A stretch of DNA of 64,000 nt from Escherichia phage 215Ecol030PP. Position numbers and translations under genes: made by a program. Below the pieces are notes generated by a model. The model was given only the letters and a program-made list of their open reading frames with translations, was not told where the DNA came from and searched no databases. The stretch lies in sequence record PP328843.1. One strand, 5' to 3'. Shown here piece after piece: positions 41,676-51,246 of the stretch (the stretch's first letter is position 1; each line of letters opens with the position of its first letter).

Positions 41676-41694
41676 CCAAAAAGGGCCGAAGCCC
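41676..41694 (-). terminator. intrinsic terminator GGGC-UUCG-GCCC plus UUUUUGG
   Basis: Plus strand ccaaaaagggccgaagccc ending at 41694, directly after the stop of ORF 41695-41895. Confidence 0.55.
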
Positions 41695-41895
41695 TTAGCT
41701 AAACTTTTTGGCACCCTTCCAGCCTTCGTACATCATTGCGACTGACAATGACAAAGCTCCTTCACATGCTGCATACTTATTATTCCAGAACCAATTTAGA
41801 AAAACTTCATCCTCAATACCATTGTGTTTCATGTTCTGGAAAAATTTGGCGCGTTCTTCAGCAATTCGCTGCGATAATTTAGATTCAGGATTCAT
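41695..41895 (-). CDS. hypothetical protein, 66 aa
   Basis: ORF in gene train. Confidence 0.5.
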   Translation of the reverse strand: MNPESKLSQRIAEERAKFFQNMKHNGIEDEVFLNWFWNNKYAACEGALSLSVAMMYEGWKGAKKFS

Positions 41896-42030
41896 TTAAA
41901 TTTCCCACCAATTGCCATTTTCATCAATGAATTTAATCCAGTCATTTACTGACCACTTAGTTGTATCGCCTTTTGGAGTAACATTTAAAGTGTATAACCC
42001 TTGCTTAAAAAGCATTCGTTTGATATTCAT
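41896..42030 (-). CDS. small hypothetical protein, about 44 aa
   Basis: Probable ATG at 42028-42030 with GAGGAAA SD (track ORF 41896-42114 overlaps the upstream gene). Confidence 0.4.
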   Translation of the reverse strand: MNIKRMLFKQGLYTLNVTPKGDTTKWSVNDWIKFIDENGNWWEI

Positions 42031-42037
42031 ATTTTCC

Positions 42038-42331
42038 TCAGCTGTAACGATAGCACTCGTTTGATTTACGTTTAGCAACTCGTTGAGAAGTATTATAATC
42101 AAAATCATCATCAATGTAAACTGATTTTTTCAACTTTCTTACTTCACTACGTAATTGACGATTTAGCTCATCTTTAACTTCTGAATCAATACCTTTCATT
42201 CTACGCCATTTATCTGAGCGAAAAATGTTTTCAACCATATCTTTATGACTTACACCATCAGGAGCTTTACGCTTTCCGAAATAGTCATAATCACGCACTT
42301 TTAAGTCTTTACGACGATACGTTTTACCCAT
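42038..42331 (-). CDS. hypothetical basic protein, about 97 aa
   Basis: Track ORF 42038-42376; in-frame ATG at 42329-42331. Confidence 0.5.
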   Translation of the reverse strand: MGKTYRRKDLKVRDYDYFGKRKAPDGVSHKDMVENIFRSDKWRRMKGIDSEVKDELNRQLRSEVRKLKKSVYIDDDFDYNTSQRVAKRKSNECYRYS

Positions 42332-42506
42332 GGAGTTTAATTTCCTTAGCAACTGAACTAAATACAGCACGATCACAAATCATCTGTTTATGTAACTTGA
42401 GTATAAGATAATAAACTTCAAAACCGTTTACATAAGTAACACGAACAACATTACCATTAATAAAATAATATTGTCCCTTTTTAATTTCTTTATCAACCAC
42501 AACCAT
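42324..42506 (-). CDS. hypothetical protein, 60 aa
   Basis: Early promoter upstream at about 42527-42566. Confidence 0.5.
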   Translation of the reverse strand: MVVVDKEIKKGQYYFINGNVVRVTYVNGFEVYYLILKLHKQMICDRAVFSSVAKEIKLHG

Positions 42507-42640
42507 ATCAAATCCTCAAAGGCAATTCATATGTTAATAATACCATAGTTTGAACTTCTTGTAAACAACTTTGTGAAAATTATTTTAGGGAATGATAAGA
42601 AGGGAACAATAGCTTAGAATGGTAATATACAGAATGTGAG

Positions 42641-42661
42641 AAAGAAAGGCCCAGAGGGCCC
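42641..42661 (-). terminator. GC-rich hairpin plus U-rich tract downstream of nrdH
   Basis: Plus strand aaagaaaggcccagagggccc at 42641-42661. Confidence 0.45.
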
Positions 42662-42664
42662 GTC

Positions 42665-42973
42665 TTAGTCTTCTATGATATCTCTATCATATCCAAGTGA
42701 AATGAGAGTTTCTTTGAAGTGTTTAATGTTCTTTTGTCTAGAATCATTAATGAAAATGACTGGATAACGAATGTTAAGAGATGTGAATCCAGCGCGTTTA
42801 GCAAGAGATACAATCAGCGGACGATCATACTCAATCTTACCATTATTTGTAAGAACTTTATAGAAAGTAAAAGGAGCATTGAGCTCCTTTAGAAGTTTTG
42901 TAACTGATTGACATCCAGGACAACGACCTACTTCATCTGGAATTCCATAGACTTCAATCTTATTTTGTTTCAC
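42665..42973 (-). CDS. nrdH: glutaredoxin-like protein NrdH, 102 aa
   Basis: Redox-active CPGC motif near N-terminus; apparent GTG start. Confidence 0.8.
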   Translation of the reverse strand: MKQNKIEVYGIPDEVGRCPGCQSVTKLLKELNAPFTFYKVLTNNGKIEYDRPLIVSLAKRAGFTSLNIRYPVIFINDSRQKNIKHFKETLISLGYDRDIIED

Positions 42974-42975
42974 AA

Positions 42976-43188
42976 CTATTCCTTACTAAGAGCAGCATTC
43001 AGCTTGTTAGTAATTTTATCCAGACGCTCACTGAACTCACTGGAAGATAAGCCTTTTTCTGGAGAAATTAAACTAATCACGAAAAATATAGCAATAAAAG
43101 GAATAAGGAAAATAGCTCCAACTGCCATAAACAGAAAGAATGTTACAGTTGTAAGAAAATCAGCTAAACCTTTACGAAATTTATACAT
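42976..43188 (-). CDS. small membrane protein, 70 aa
   Basis: Two hydrophobic segments. Confidence 0.5.
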   Translation of the reverse strand: MYKFRKGLADFLTTVTFFLFMAVGAIFLIPFIAIFFVISLISPEKGLSSSEFSERLDKITNKLNAALSKE

Positions 43189-43303
43189 ATTTTACCCTTA
43201 ATTGATTAACCAAGCATTGATAAGCACTAAACTATACTGCGAATAAAATTCTGGACCAAAATGAAAAATCATATCATTTATAGTATCCATAATGCAATTC
43301 AAT

Positions 43304-43774
43304 TTAATCATGTTTCCACACCCCATCGGTATTTGACCAAAGTCGCTGATTATCTGATCCTCGCCACAACTTTTTGGTCGGAAGATTTTTCTCATACTTC
43401 CCATCAATAATAACATCAACATATTTAAGCATTTCTAGTTGTTTAATATCTTCAAACTTATATCCTGTCCACAACCAGATATCTTTCTTCGGAAATCTTG
43501 CTTTAACCCAAGAAACTAAATTTGAAATCTCTTCTCGGTTCTGTGGATAAAGTGGGTCACCACCGGTTAAGGTAAGGCCTTGGATATACGATTTGCTTAA
43601 ATGGGACGCAAGTTCTTTAACGGTATTCATAGTGAATAACTGTCCGTTACGAGCATTCCAAGTACTACGATTATAACAACCTTCGCATTTATGCAAACAT
43701 CCAGTGACGAAGAGAACGACCCTGCATCCAGGACCATTAACAAAGCAGCACGGGTATATTCTATCATAATTCAT
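43304..43774 (-). CDS. nrdG: anaerobic ribonucleotide reductase activating protein NrdG (radical SAM), 156 aa
   Basis: Radical SAM CxxxCxxC (CLHKCEGC); ATG at 43772-43774 (track ORF extends upstream into mobC). Confidence 0.88.
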   Translation of the reverse strand: MNYDRIYPCCFVNGPGCRVVLFVTGCLHKCEGCYNRSTWNARNGQLFTMNTVKELASHLSKSYIQGLTLTGGDPLYPQNREEISNLVSWVKARFPKKDIWLWTGYKFEDIKQLEMLKYVDVIIDGKYEKNLPTKKLWRGSDNQRLWSNTDGVWKHD

Positions 43775-44396
43775 CTTTATATTTCCAAGTATATCCCTTA
43801 TGAATAGATTGAATTCCTTTGCAACATTTATAAACAGCAGAATGAAAAAATCCTGCATTTCTTATTTCAGTTGCTCCAGTTAGTTCTATTGTATTTCCGT
43901 CTGGTGAATAGCCAATAACCGTTTTGGTGTTAAAGCGATTTCTAGAACTATTTTTGATATGCTCTTTATGACTAGTAGACAAAGTTCTTCCTGTTAGCCC
44001 ATCAGATATCCTTTTTCCAAAATCATCAGGAAGAGTTACTTTAGACCTAGCTATGCTCATTAGCTTCTTAGTTTTATCGCTTCTTTTTGCGCCACGCTGA
44101 TTTTCAAATTTCTTAGCTTTTGCATACGCGTATTGTGAAGAAGTAACTTTTCTATGCTTACTATTACTCATTATCCAATATGCATCATACATCTTTCCAC
44201 CATATATTTTAGCCAATAAATGGTGAGCAGTATAGTGGGCCTTATAAGTTAAAAATACTAAGTTGTCTAAATCATCTGAACCACCCATACTTCTTGGAAT
44301 TATATGATGAAGTTCATACCCGGCTTTAGTTTGACGGGGCTTAGATGGGTGTTCAGCAGAATTAACTAGATTTGAATAGATTCTGTCATAATTCAT
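43764..44396 (-). CDS. mobC: MobC-like HNH homing endonuclease, 210 aa
   Basis: HNH motif LHHIIPRSMGGSDDLDNLVFLTYKAHYTAH; N-terminus MNYDRIYS; inserted between nrdD and nrdG. Confidence 0.78.
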   Translation of the reverse strand: MNYDRIYSNLVNSAEHPSKPRQTKAGYELHHIIPRSMGGSDDLDNLVFLTYKAHYTAHHLLAKIYGGKMYDAYWIMSNSKHRKVTSSQYAYAKAKKFENQRGAKRSDKTKKLMSIARSKVTLPDDFGKRISDGLTGRTLSTSHKEHIKNSSRNRFNTKTVIGYSPDGNTIELTGATEIRNAGFFHSAVYKCCKGIQSIHKGYTWKYKDEL

Positions 44397-44408
44397 TGGT
44401 GTTTAACC

Positions 44409-45688
44409 CTATGCATGTTTTACTCGTTTTACCATTTCTTTCATTTTACCTAAATTCCATGGAACAACGCTAGGAGTTCCAAGATATCCGCATGTTCTTC
44501 TTATTGTGTTCATCTTTTTAGGATCAGTTTCTCCACAAATAGAACAAACAAATCCGTTTTCAGTAGGAGTCATTTCATGGGTACTTCCACACGTAAAACA
44601 TTTATCTACTGGCATATTAACACCAAAATAATCTAAATGTTGTGCAGCATAATCCCATACAGCCTCAAGACCTTTTAAGTTATTTTTCATATCAGGAAGT
44701 TCAACATAAGAAATGTGACCACCTGTCGCAATGAAATGATATGGCGCTTCACGAGAAATCTTTTCAAACGGAGTAATATTTTCTTCTACTGAAACATGGA
44801 AACTGTTAGTGTACCAACCTTTATCAGTAACATCCTTTACACTTCCATATTTTTCTGTATCGAGTTTACAGAAGCGATAACAAAGGTTTTCAGCAGGAGT
44901 CGAATATAAACTAAAAGCAAATCCAGTTCTTTCAGTCCACTGTTTAAGACGAGCATTCATTTTAGTTAAAATTTCTCGTCCAATATCACGACCGGCAAGA
45001 ATATTCAATTCGTGAATACCAATGTATCCTAGGGACACTGAACTTCTACCGTTTTTAAATAACTCAATTATGTCGTCATCAGGTTTAAGACGAACCCCGA
45101 ATGCACCTTCTTGGTAAAGAATAGGAGCAACAGTCGCTTTAACTCCTTTTAAGGAACTAATTCTACACATCAAAGCTTCAAAACATAAATCCATTCGCTC
45201 ATTGAATAATTCAGTAAATTTCTGTTCATTGAACTGTGTTCCAATATAAGAATCTAACGCGATGCGAGGAAGATTCAGTGTTACAACACCAAGATTATTA
45301 CGTCCATCAAGAATTTCATTACCAGTCGAATCTTTCCATACGCTCAAGAAACTACGGCAACCCATTGGAGAAACAGGAATAGATGAACCAGTGATAGCTT
45401 TATTGTTCTTAGCTGAAATAATATCAGGATACATCCTTTTGCTTGCACACTCTAGAGCAAGCTGCTTAATATCATAGTTCGGATCGTCTTTATAAAGATT
45501 AACACCTTCTTCAACAAACATAACAAGCTTAGGGAAAATAGGAGTTATCCCATCACGACCGAGACCTTTAATACGATTTTTCAGAATTGCTTTCTGAATC
45601 ATTCGTTCAGTCCAGTCAGTTCCCGTACCAAATGTAATTGTTACAAAAGGAGTCTGTCCGTTTGAACTGAAAAGTGTATTTACTTCAT
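44409..45688 (-). CDS. nrdD: anaerobic ribonucleoside-triphosphate reductase NrdD, exon 2 (C-terminal 426 codons including the split Tyr codon)
   Basis: Glycyl-radical motif RRTCGYLG near C-terminus; proposed splice joins ...QAYE-Y-EVNTLF... and gives 605 aa in total. Confidence 0.85.
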
Positions 45689-45714
45689 CATTATATTCAG
45701 CATGAGTCGCAAAT

Positions 45715-45919
45715 TCATGCTCGTTTATATGAAACAACAAAATTTGGATAGTCCATAGATATGCAACGTTCTTTTATAGTGCTAGGATGAAAATTTAGCG
45801 CTTTAGCTGCTTCTATATAAGACGTATACTTAATACCGTCAACAACCACATATTCAGGAACTTTATGAATAGTAGTCTTTATCTTTTATTTTAGTACAAC
45901 GTCTTTTTATCCATTTCAT
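45715..45919 (-). pseudogene. remnant of intron-encoded homing endonuclease: 18-codon N-terminal stub plus out-of-frame 56-codon C-terminal DNA-binding fragment
   Basis: Late-promoter-like TATAAATA (45949-45956), SD GAGGUGA, ATG at 45917-45919 then MKWIKRRCTKIKDKDYYS-stop; in the +1 frame ...VPEYVVVDGIKYTSYIEAAKALNFHPSTIKERCISMDYPNFVVSYKRA resembles the C-terminal helix-turn-helix tail of GIY-YIG intron endonucleases. Confidence 0.6.
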
Positions 45920-45948
45920 TGTTTCACCTCGTATTCATAAGATAATCT

Positions 45949-45956
45949 TATTTATA
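45949..45956 (-). promoter_or_regulatory. T4 late-promoter-like TATAAATA inside the nrdD intron
   Basis: Exact TATAAATA on the minus strand about 30 nt upstream of the endonuclease stub ATG. Confidence 0.4.
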
Positions 45957-46167
45957 CAAGATGACTGCTGCATGTCGCCATGCAGATTAGACTATATCTT
46001 CATCTTTCGATGCCGGCCGTTTCGAATAGCATTAGCTTCTATTCTACACCGCTACATTCATCACGGTTAGTCGTTAGGCATTTAGTTCAAAAGAACATTT
46101 AGCACGGGATTGTCTACTAGAGAGGTTCCCCGTTTAGACCGGTTTTACATGAGCCTGAATTAAATTA

Positions 46168-46705
46168 ACTCATACGCCTGGAATGCATCGTATACATCTT
46201 TTTCTGTTTTAGATTGAGCATAATTCAACGCATCAGCGATTTGCCATTTTTCTGCATCCTCAATATGTTTTGCATAGGTGCGTTTAACATAAGGAGAAAG
46301 TACTTTATCTACATTTGCAAAAGTCGTTCCGCCATATTGATGGGAAGCAACCTGCGCAGTAATTTGTGCCATAATTGCAGTAGCAACGCCAATTGATTTA
46401 GGAGTTTCAATCTGTGCATTACCTAGCTTAAATCCGTTCTCAAGCATTCCTTTTAAATCTACTAAACAGCAATTAGTAAATGGAAGAGCAGGGGAATAAT
46501 CAATATCATGGAAATGGATAATTCCGCTTTCATGCGCTTTCATAATAAAAGACGGGACCATATTTTTGGCAATGTGTTTAGACACAATACCAGCCATAAG
46601 GTCCCGTTGAGTTGGAAAAACACGAGAATCTTTATTAGCATTCTCGTTTAAAAGGTCTTTATTAGTTTTATGAATCAATCCTTCAATTTCTTTTTCAATT
46701 GTCAT
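46168..46705 (-). CDS. nrdD: anaerobic ribonucleoside-triphosphate reductase NrdD, exon 1 (N-terminal 179 codons)
   Basis: ATG at 46703-46705; ORF continues in frame into the intron for only 2 codons before a stop. Confidence 0.85.
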
Positions 46706-47175
46706 TTTAAACTCTTTCTAAGCTGCTTCTTAAATGAAGCTATTAACTGTGTTTTGGTGTCAGATTCATTATATTCAAATCCTCTTTGAAGCATCTCGGC
46801 CATCATTTCCTCTTTTCCTAAACGAGAAAATTCCTTTGATTTATCTCCAACAAAGTTAGGGTGAATATTATTTTGGGTGTAATCGGATTTTAAATAAGTA
46901 AGTAAATTTTCTAACCATTCAAGATAATCAACACCTTGTCCCTTTAAGCCAGAACGATTAAATTTATGCTTCATTTGACCTTCTGCAGCATTGCAGAGAT
47001 TACAAAGCAATCCACGTATCTTTCCTGCTTTTGGTCCATTTAATTCATGGTCATGATCAAGATGATTAGCTTGAACATCAGGATTTAGTTCTCGTTGGCA
47101 AATTAAGCATTTACCGTTTTGTGCATTATAAAATTTCTGTTTTTCTTCTTTGTATAATTTGCCAGTCAATAACAT
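46702..47175 (-). CDS. 49: endonuclease VII (Holliday junction resolvase) gp49, 157 aa
   Basis: Zinc-binding CLICQ...CNLCN and catalytic HLDHDHE region; sequence recognised as T4 endo VII; ATGA overlap with nrdD start. Confidence 0.93.
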   Translation of the reverse strand: MLLTGKLYKEEKQKFYNAQNGKCLICQRELNPDVQANHLDHDHELNGPKAGKIRGLLCNLCNAAEGQMKHKFNRSGLKGQGVDYLEWLENLLTYLKSDYTQNNIHPNFVGDKSKEFSRLGKEEMMAEMLQRGFEYNESDTKTQLIASFKKQLRKSLK

Positions 47176-47217
47176 AATAAAACCCTTACCTTAAATAGAT
47201 AAGGGTATTTATTATTT

Positions 47218-47394
47218 TTAAGTATTGTAAAACATTCGATGCAATCGTTTATACTGTCGAATCATCTTTTTAGTAGGACGAGAATAGGTTCCTACGCAAG
47301 TGGTCATATGAGGGTCCGTAGAATGTCCTTTAATAAAAAGTTTCCAAACCTTACCGCCATTTAACTTTTCAGTATAAACCAATTCGGTTTTCAT
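47218..47394 (-). CDS. small protein, 58 aa, whose C-terminal 14 aa duplicate the C-terminus of the adjacent Pin-like gene (not in ORF track)
   Basis: Own translation MKTELVYTEKLNGGKVWKLFIKGHSTDPHMTTCVGTYSRPTKKMIRQYKRLHRMFYNT; 3' end lies in a 43-bp direct repeat. Confidence 0.45.
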   Translation of the reverse strand: MKTELVYTEKLNGGKVWKLFIKGHSTDPHMTTCVGTYSRPTKKMIRQYKRLHRMFYNT

Positions 47395-47430
47395 TAAAAT
47401 GCCTTGTCAGAAAAAGAATTTTGAGTTTTT

Positions 47431-47916
47431 TCAAGTATTGTAAAACATTTGATGCAATCGCTTATATTGCCGAATCTTTTGGTCAGAAAAAGAAATTTGA
47501 TTTTCAAGCCATTCAATGTATTCTGCGGCAGCTTGCATCAGGTTACCTTCATAGCCATCGTTATTTTCTTGTGCAGCTAATTTAGCTAATGCGTATGAAA
47601 TACGTTCACCTTGAAAATCGGCTTTAGGCTTCTGAACAACTTGATTAGTTTGCTCTACAACTTCTTCAATTTCGCCATTTTCTACTGATTCAGTATTCCA
47701 CAAACACCAATACGTAATTGGTTTATCGTAGATGTTAATAATCTTTCCATCAGAAAGTTCAATTTCAATAATTCCAGTATCAGGTTCTATATCATCTTCA
47801 CATTCTTTTGCAAGTTCACGAACTTTAAAGACAGTACCTGCACTAAGTTCCGGCCAGTAATTACATAGCCCTGTATCAGCACGATTAATTCTAAACCACT
47901 TATCTACTGTAATCAT
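47431..47916 (-). CDS. PinA-like protein (inhibitor of host Lon protease, by position and size), about 161 aa
   Basis: ATG at 47914-47916; size matches recalled T4 pin; no diagnostic motif. Confidence 0.55.
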   Translation of the reverse strand: MITVDKWFRINRADTGLCNYWPELSAGTVFKVRELAKECEDDIEPDTGIIEIELSDGKIINIYDKPITYWCLWNTESVENGEIEEVVEQTNQVVQKPKADFQGERISYALAKLAAQENNDGYEGNLMQAAAEYIEWLENQISFSDQKIRQYKRLHQMFYNT

Positions 47917-48038
47917 GTCCCATCTCCACATCAATTAAGTCATTTATCGTTGGTTCATTATATACTGTTTCTTCATCAGTGTAAACCGGTTCTTCCGGCT
48001 CTGGCTCTACAGTTTCCCATCTAGCCGCCCACCAAGGT

Positions 48039-48233
48039 TTAACCCCGAAGCTTATTAAGTTCTTCATAACCAATCCAGGATTCTAATCCTGATGGCAGGT
48101 CACATTCAATTTCCCAAAGAAGTTCTTCAATTTTATGAAGACGATCTAATTCTTCAGCTGGAATAGTAACCATTGATGGAGTTCTTGATACACTAATATC
48201 GTAAATCATATTTACCCCAGTTTGACCATGCAA
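48039..48233 (-). CDS. hypothetical protein, 64 aa
   Basis: ORF in gene train. Confidence 0.5.
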   Translation of the reverse strand: MHGQTGVNMIYDISVSRTPSMVTIPAEELDRLHKIEELLWEIECDLPSGLESWIGYEELNKLRG

Positions 48234-48427
48234 TCACCGTATTTCCACTTAGAAATAGACTTTTCACCATTAGAATAATAAACTTCGAGTTTAGCACGAT
48301 TATTTTTAATTTGAATAACCTTGGCTGTCATCAAAGTTCCATACCCATAGTAAACTGCAACTTCATCACCTACATATACCGCGCTTCCGCGGTAATCATG
48401 GATATAATCAGTTCCTTCGAGAATCAT
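48212..48427 (-). CDS. hypothetical protein, 71 aa
   Basis: ORF in gene train. Confidence 0.5.
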   Translation of the reverse strand: MILEGTDYIHDYRGSAVYVGDEVAVYYGYGTLMTAKVIQIKNNRAKLEVYYSNGEKSISKWKYGDCMVKLG

Positions 48428-48687
48428 TTAAAGTATTCCCGCAATTGGTCAAATCCACCAATATGACTTCCATCAGGAGCAAATACCTGAGGCATCGTCA
48501 ATCCGATTTGAGTATCACGACCTAGTTTAGTCAGAAGCTCAGCAATTTTCTCATCATCAAAAACACCTTTTTCCGGCATAATGTTGATAAATTCAAACGG
48601 CTGTTTCTTCACAGTCAAAAGACGTTTTGCATTATCACAATACACACATTTATGAATGTTGCTATCATAACCATATACTTTAAACAT
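48424..48687 (-). CDS. nrdC: thioredoxin/glutaredoxin NrdC, 87 aa
   Basis: Active-site CVYC; sequence recognised as T4 thioredoxin. Confidence 0.88.
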   Translation of the reverse strand: MFKVYGYDSNIHKCVYCDNAKRLLTVKKQPFEFINIMPEKGVFDDEKIAELLTKLGRDTQIGLTMPQVFAPDGSHIGGFDQLREYFK

Positions 48688-48688
48688 A

Positions 48689-48931
48689 TTATTCCTTAAT
48701 TCCTAATACTTGTTTAAAAGTCTCGTCGTAATCAAGACTTTGGCCCGTTTGTTCTTTATGTTTGTATATAATATCACTTACTTCTGATAGCATATTTTTA
48801 TATGAACGAGTTAAAGCTGATTTAAGCACGCTGTATCTATCAGGAAATTTACCATGTTCATTATAATAAGCTATTGCTAATTCACGGACTGCCTTTTCAG
48901 CAGTCTCCATATATTCTTTACGCTTGGCCAT
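48689..48931 (-). CDS. hypothetical protein, about 80 aa
   Basis: Probable start [13 protein letters not shown] within track ORF 48689-49090. Confidence 0.5.
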   Translation of the reverse strand: MAKRKEYMETAEKAVRELAIAYYNEHGKFPDRYSVLKSALTRSYKNMLSEVSDIIYKHKEQTGQSLDYDETFKQVLGIKE

Positions 48932-49235
48932 TTTCTTCTCGGTCAAATCGGTGTTTACAATGGCGACATTTATAACGAAGATTATTAGTCTGCCAATGGA
49001 CCAATTGCACCTGTTCAGTTCCACATTCAGGGCAATTAGGAACGTTTTTAGAAGCCCTTTCGCGACGTTCAACCATAACCATAATAGCATCCCAGGCTGG
49101 GGGTTTAAAATCTAAATCGTCACAGCCATGAATCTTTCCACGCATTTCCATATCATCTTCCTCACCAGCCATAATAATTTTAATTAGACTAGAATTACTT
49201 GAAGCTGCAATGTCTTCTAATAGACGCTTTTTCAT
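48918..49235 (-). CDS. zinc-ribbon protein, 105 aa
   Basis: CPEC...CRHC motif. Confidence 0.5.
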   Translation of the reverse strand: MKKRLLEDIAASSNSSLIKIIMAGEEDDMEMRGKIHGCDDLDFKPPAWDAIMVMVERRERASKNVPNCPECGTEQVQLVHWQTNNLRYKCRHCKHRFDREENGQA

Positions 49236-50158
49236 TTCAATACCTCAATAGCATTACGTAAACCATTTGCTTTTGCATTAAGAGCTTTTAACAATTTGGT
49301 GTGTTCTGCAATTTGGGCTTCAACTTCAATCAAACGAGCATTGAGATATTCGCGTTCTTCACTCAGATTATCAACCTTTTCTACTTTAGGTTCTTTTACA
49401 ACTGGCTTATACGTATTAGGGTTCTTCAGTTTAATTAGAATGCGTGAACTGTATAACATTGAACCATTATCTTCGGTTTCGTCATACATTTCTACTACGT
49501 CCATAATTTTTAACATCATGCGAAGTTTATAAGACAACGAACGAATAGTTTTGTTGTGCTTATTAATTTCTCTAGCTGTCATGGTGCCGAGATTACGTGA
49601 GTAATAATAAGGAACCTGGATATTAATTAATACTGATGAACCACCTGGCTTGTGTGTTACTTCATCAGCAATAACCCAGTCCTTAACATGAACTGTATTT
49701 GTACGGTCATCACCCGCGGTAAACAGTTTGCGAGCATGCTTAAAAAGCATATTCACTTGGGTATTGAATTGACAAGCAAATTTATCAGCAAATTTAGTTT
49801 CAGGAATGGTAGATAACCAATCAGCCAAATGGGTCTTTTTAACATCGTTAACAATAGTAAATTCAACCAAATCGGTTATAGATGTCTCAGATTTAATAAA
49901 GCTCGGCTTCATAAAGTTTTCAATGTTATCACGAGCTACAGTAGAAGATAACATACGAGAACGTTTAAACCATTCAAGCAAATTGCCTAACGAATGAGAA
50001 TAAGCGTTTTGAGTATCTTTACAGATATGATTTTCCTGGCCAACATATTGAAGGAAATCACGAAGAATATTATTAATTACTGCTCTGTGTCCGATCTGAT
50101 AATTGCGGTGTTTAGTAATAAGACTGTCAAAATAATCAATATAATGTTTACGAGTCAT
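49232..50158 (-). CDS. hypothetical protein with C-terminal coiled coil, about 308 aa
   Basis: Probable ATG at 50156-50158 with GAGGAG SD (the track start at 50209 would lie inside the promoter). Confidence 0.55.
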   Translation of the reverse strand: MTRKHYIDYFDSLITKHRNYQIGHRAVINNILRDFLQYVGQENHICKDTQNAYSHSLGNLLEWFKRSRMLSSTVARDNIENFMKPSFIKSETSITDLVEFTIVNDVKKTHLADWLSTIPETKFADKFACQFNTQVNMLFKHARKLFTAGDDRTNTVHVKDWVIADEVTHKPGGSSVLINIQVPYYYSRNLGTMTAREINKHNKTIRSLSYKLRMMLKIMDVVEMYDETEDNGSMLYSSRILIKLKNPNTYKPVVKEPKVEKVDNLSEEREYLNARLIEVEAQIAEHTKLLKALNAKANGLRNAIEVLK

Positions 50159-50187
50159 ATTAATCTCCTCAGTAGAAAGTAAGAACA

Positions 50188-50217
50188 TTATACCACATCC
50201 TTGTGGCAAAGTAAACT
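50188..50217 (-). promoter_or_regulatory. T4-type early promoter, 31/32 nt identical to the rIIA.1 promoter
   Basis: attataccacatccttgtggcaaagtaaacta versus 2418-2449 attataccacatccttgtggtaaagtaaacta. Confidence 0.55.
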
Positions 50218-51238
50218 AGTTCAGTGCATTTAGTGCGTTGTTCAGTTTAGAACGTTGCTTCGTAAGATTTTTGACTTTTTCTTGAGCTTTTTCCAGCATC
50301 TTTTCAGCTTCTAGCACTTCATTGGTCGCTTTAACGAGTTCATCATCTACTGCCTTAAGAGACTTCTCAATCGCATCCGCGTGCCATTTTTCAACAGGTT
50401 TAAGACTCGGATTTTCAATAGGAAGAAAATTCACTTTATTGAATTTCCATGCATCTTTATTACCTGAGCTATACATCCAAAATTTAGGATCGTTTGATGA
50501 GCAATTAGATAAATTTAAGTTATCTTGCACTTCCTGCTTTTTCTCTTGCGGGACTTCATCCTTTCTCAAAAAATCGTATTTAAATGAAACGATCATATCA
50601 AGTTCATACGTTGTTGTATGTTCCCAATTTCGCTCAAAATGAGGTAAAATCTTAGACTGAACAGCGGCAACAACATCCATATACTTAAATGCTTCTGTCA
50701 ACTGTGATTTAAGGCATTCACAAATTGAAAGAGAATTTTTTGTATTAGGTTTAAAGCTAATTCGTGCAGTTCTATTATTTTCTTTTAATGGTCTTACTTC
50801 CATCTGAAGAGTATAACCATCAAATTTCAGGTTCTTTAAGTTAATGTCAGAACCTTTTAATCGACTAGCCGTCGACAAAATTTGCTTTAATTGTTTACGG
50901 AATAGAGCAATAAATCTCCATTCAATACGATAATGATTTGGATTGAAAAATCCAGATGATAAATCGACCTTACTTTGACCAACGCCTTGAACAATCAAAG
51001 GATTTTTATAATCAATAGTTTTACAGAAATCGGTGAGCTGCTCACGAGCAGTCATTTGCGTAATATACCCTGCTTTATTAAAATTACGCACCCATTCACT
51101 GCTATTCTTATACTTAAAGTGATGAATAGTACGATTAACTTTATCAAGGTCTAAATTATTTTCACACAAAAATGTCATAACATCACGAGTATCGCTGGCA
51201 TTACGAACCATATCTTCAATTTGAGAACGAGTTTTCAT
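50216..51238 (-). CDS. hypothetical protein with C-terminal coiled coil, 340 aa
   Basis: ORF in gene train. Confidence 0.55.
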   Translation of the reverse strand: MKTRSQIEDMVRNASDTRDVMTFLCENNLDLDKVNRTIHHFKYKNSSEWVRNFNKAGYITQMTAREQLTDFCKTIDYKNPLIVQGVGQSKVDLSSGFFNPNHYRIEWRFIALFRKQLKQILSTASRLKGSDINLKNLKFDGYTLQMEVRPLKENNRTARISFKPNTKNSLSICECLKSQLTEAFKYMDVVAAVQSKILPHFERNWEHTTTYELDMIVSFKYDFLRKDEVPQEKKQEVQDNLNLSNCSSNDPKFWMYSSGNKDAWKFNKVNFLPIENPSLKPVEKWHADAIEKSLKAVDDELVKATNEVLEAEKMLEKAQEKVKNLTKQRSKLNNALNALN

Positions 51239-51246
51239 GGTGTTCC

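Larger units (their letters stand above)
45689..46167 (-). mobile_element. group I self-splicing intron in nrdD, 479 nt, carrying a decayed homing endonuclease gene
   Basis: NrdD reading frame interrupted by 479 nt with stops in all frames; 5' exon ends in U, intron ends in G; ribozyme core 5', endonuclease remnant 3'; boundaries inferred from frame restoration, not from a structure model. Confidence 0.75.

Noticed and set aside
43198-43422. 74-aa ORF overlapping the 3' end of nrdG
   Set aside because: Most of it overlaps nrdG in another frame; the non-overlapping part would encode under 40 aa with no SD
45689-46167. Intact intron-encoded homing endonuclease
   Set aside because: Searched all frames of the intron; only an 18-codon start stub and a 56-codon out-of-frame C-terminal fragment remain, so it is annotated as a pseudogene
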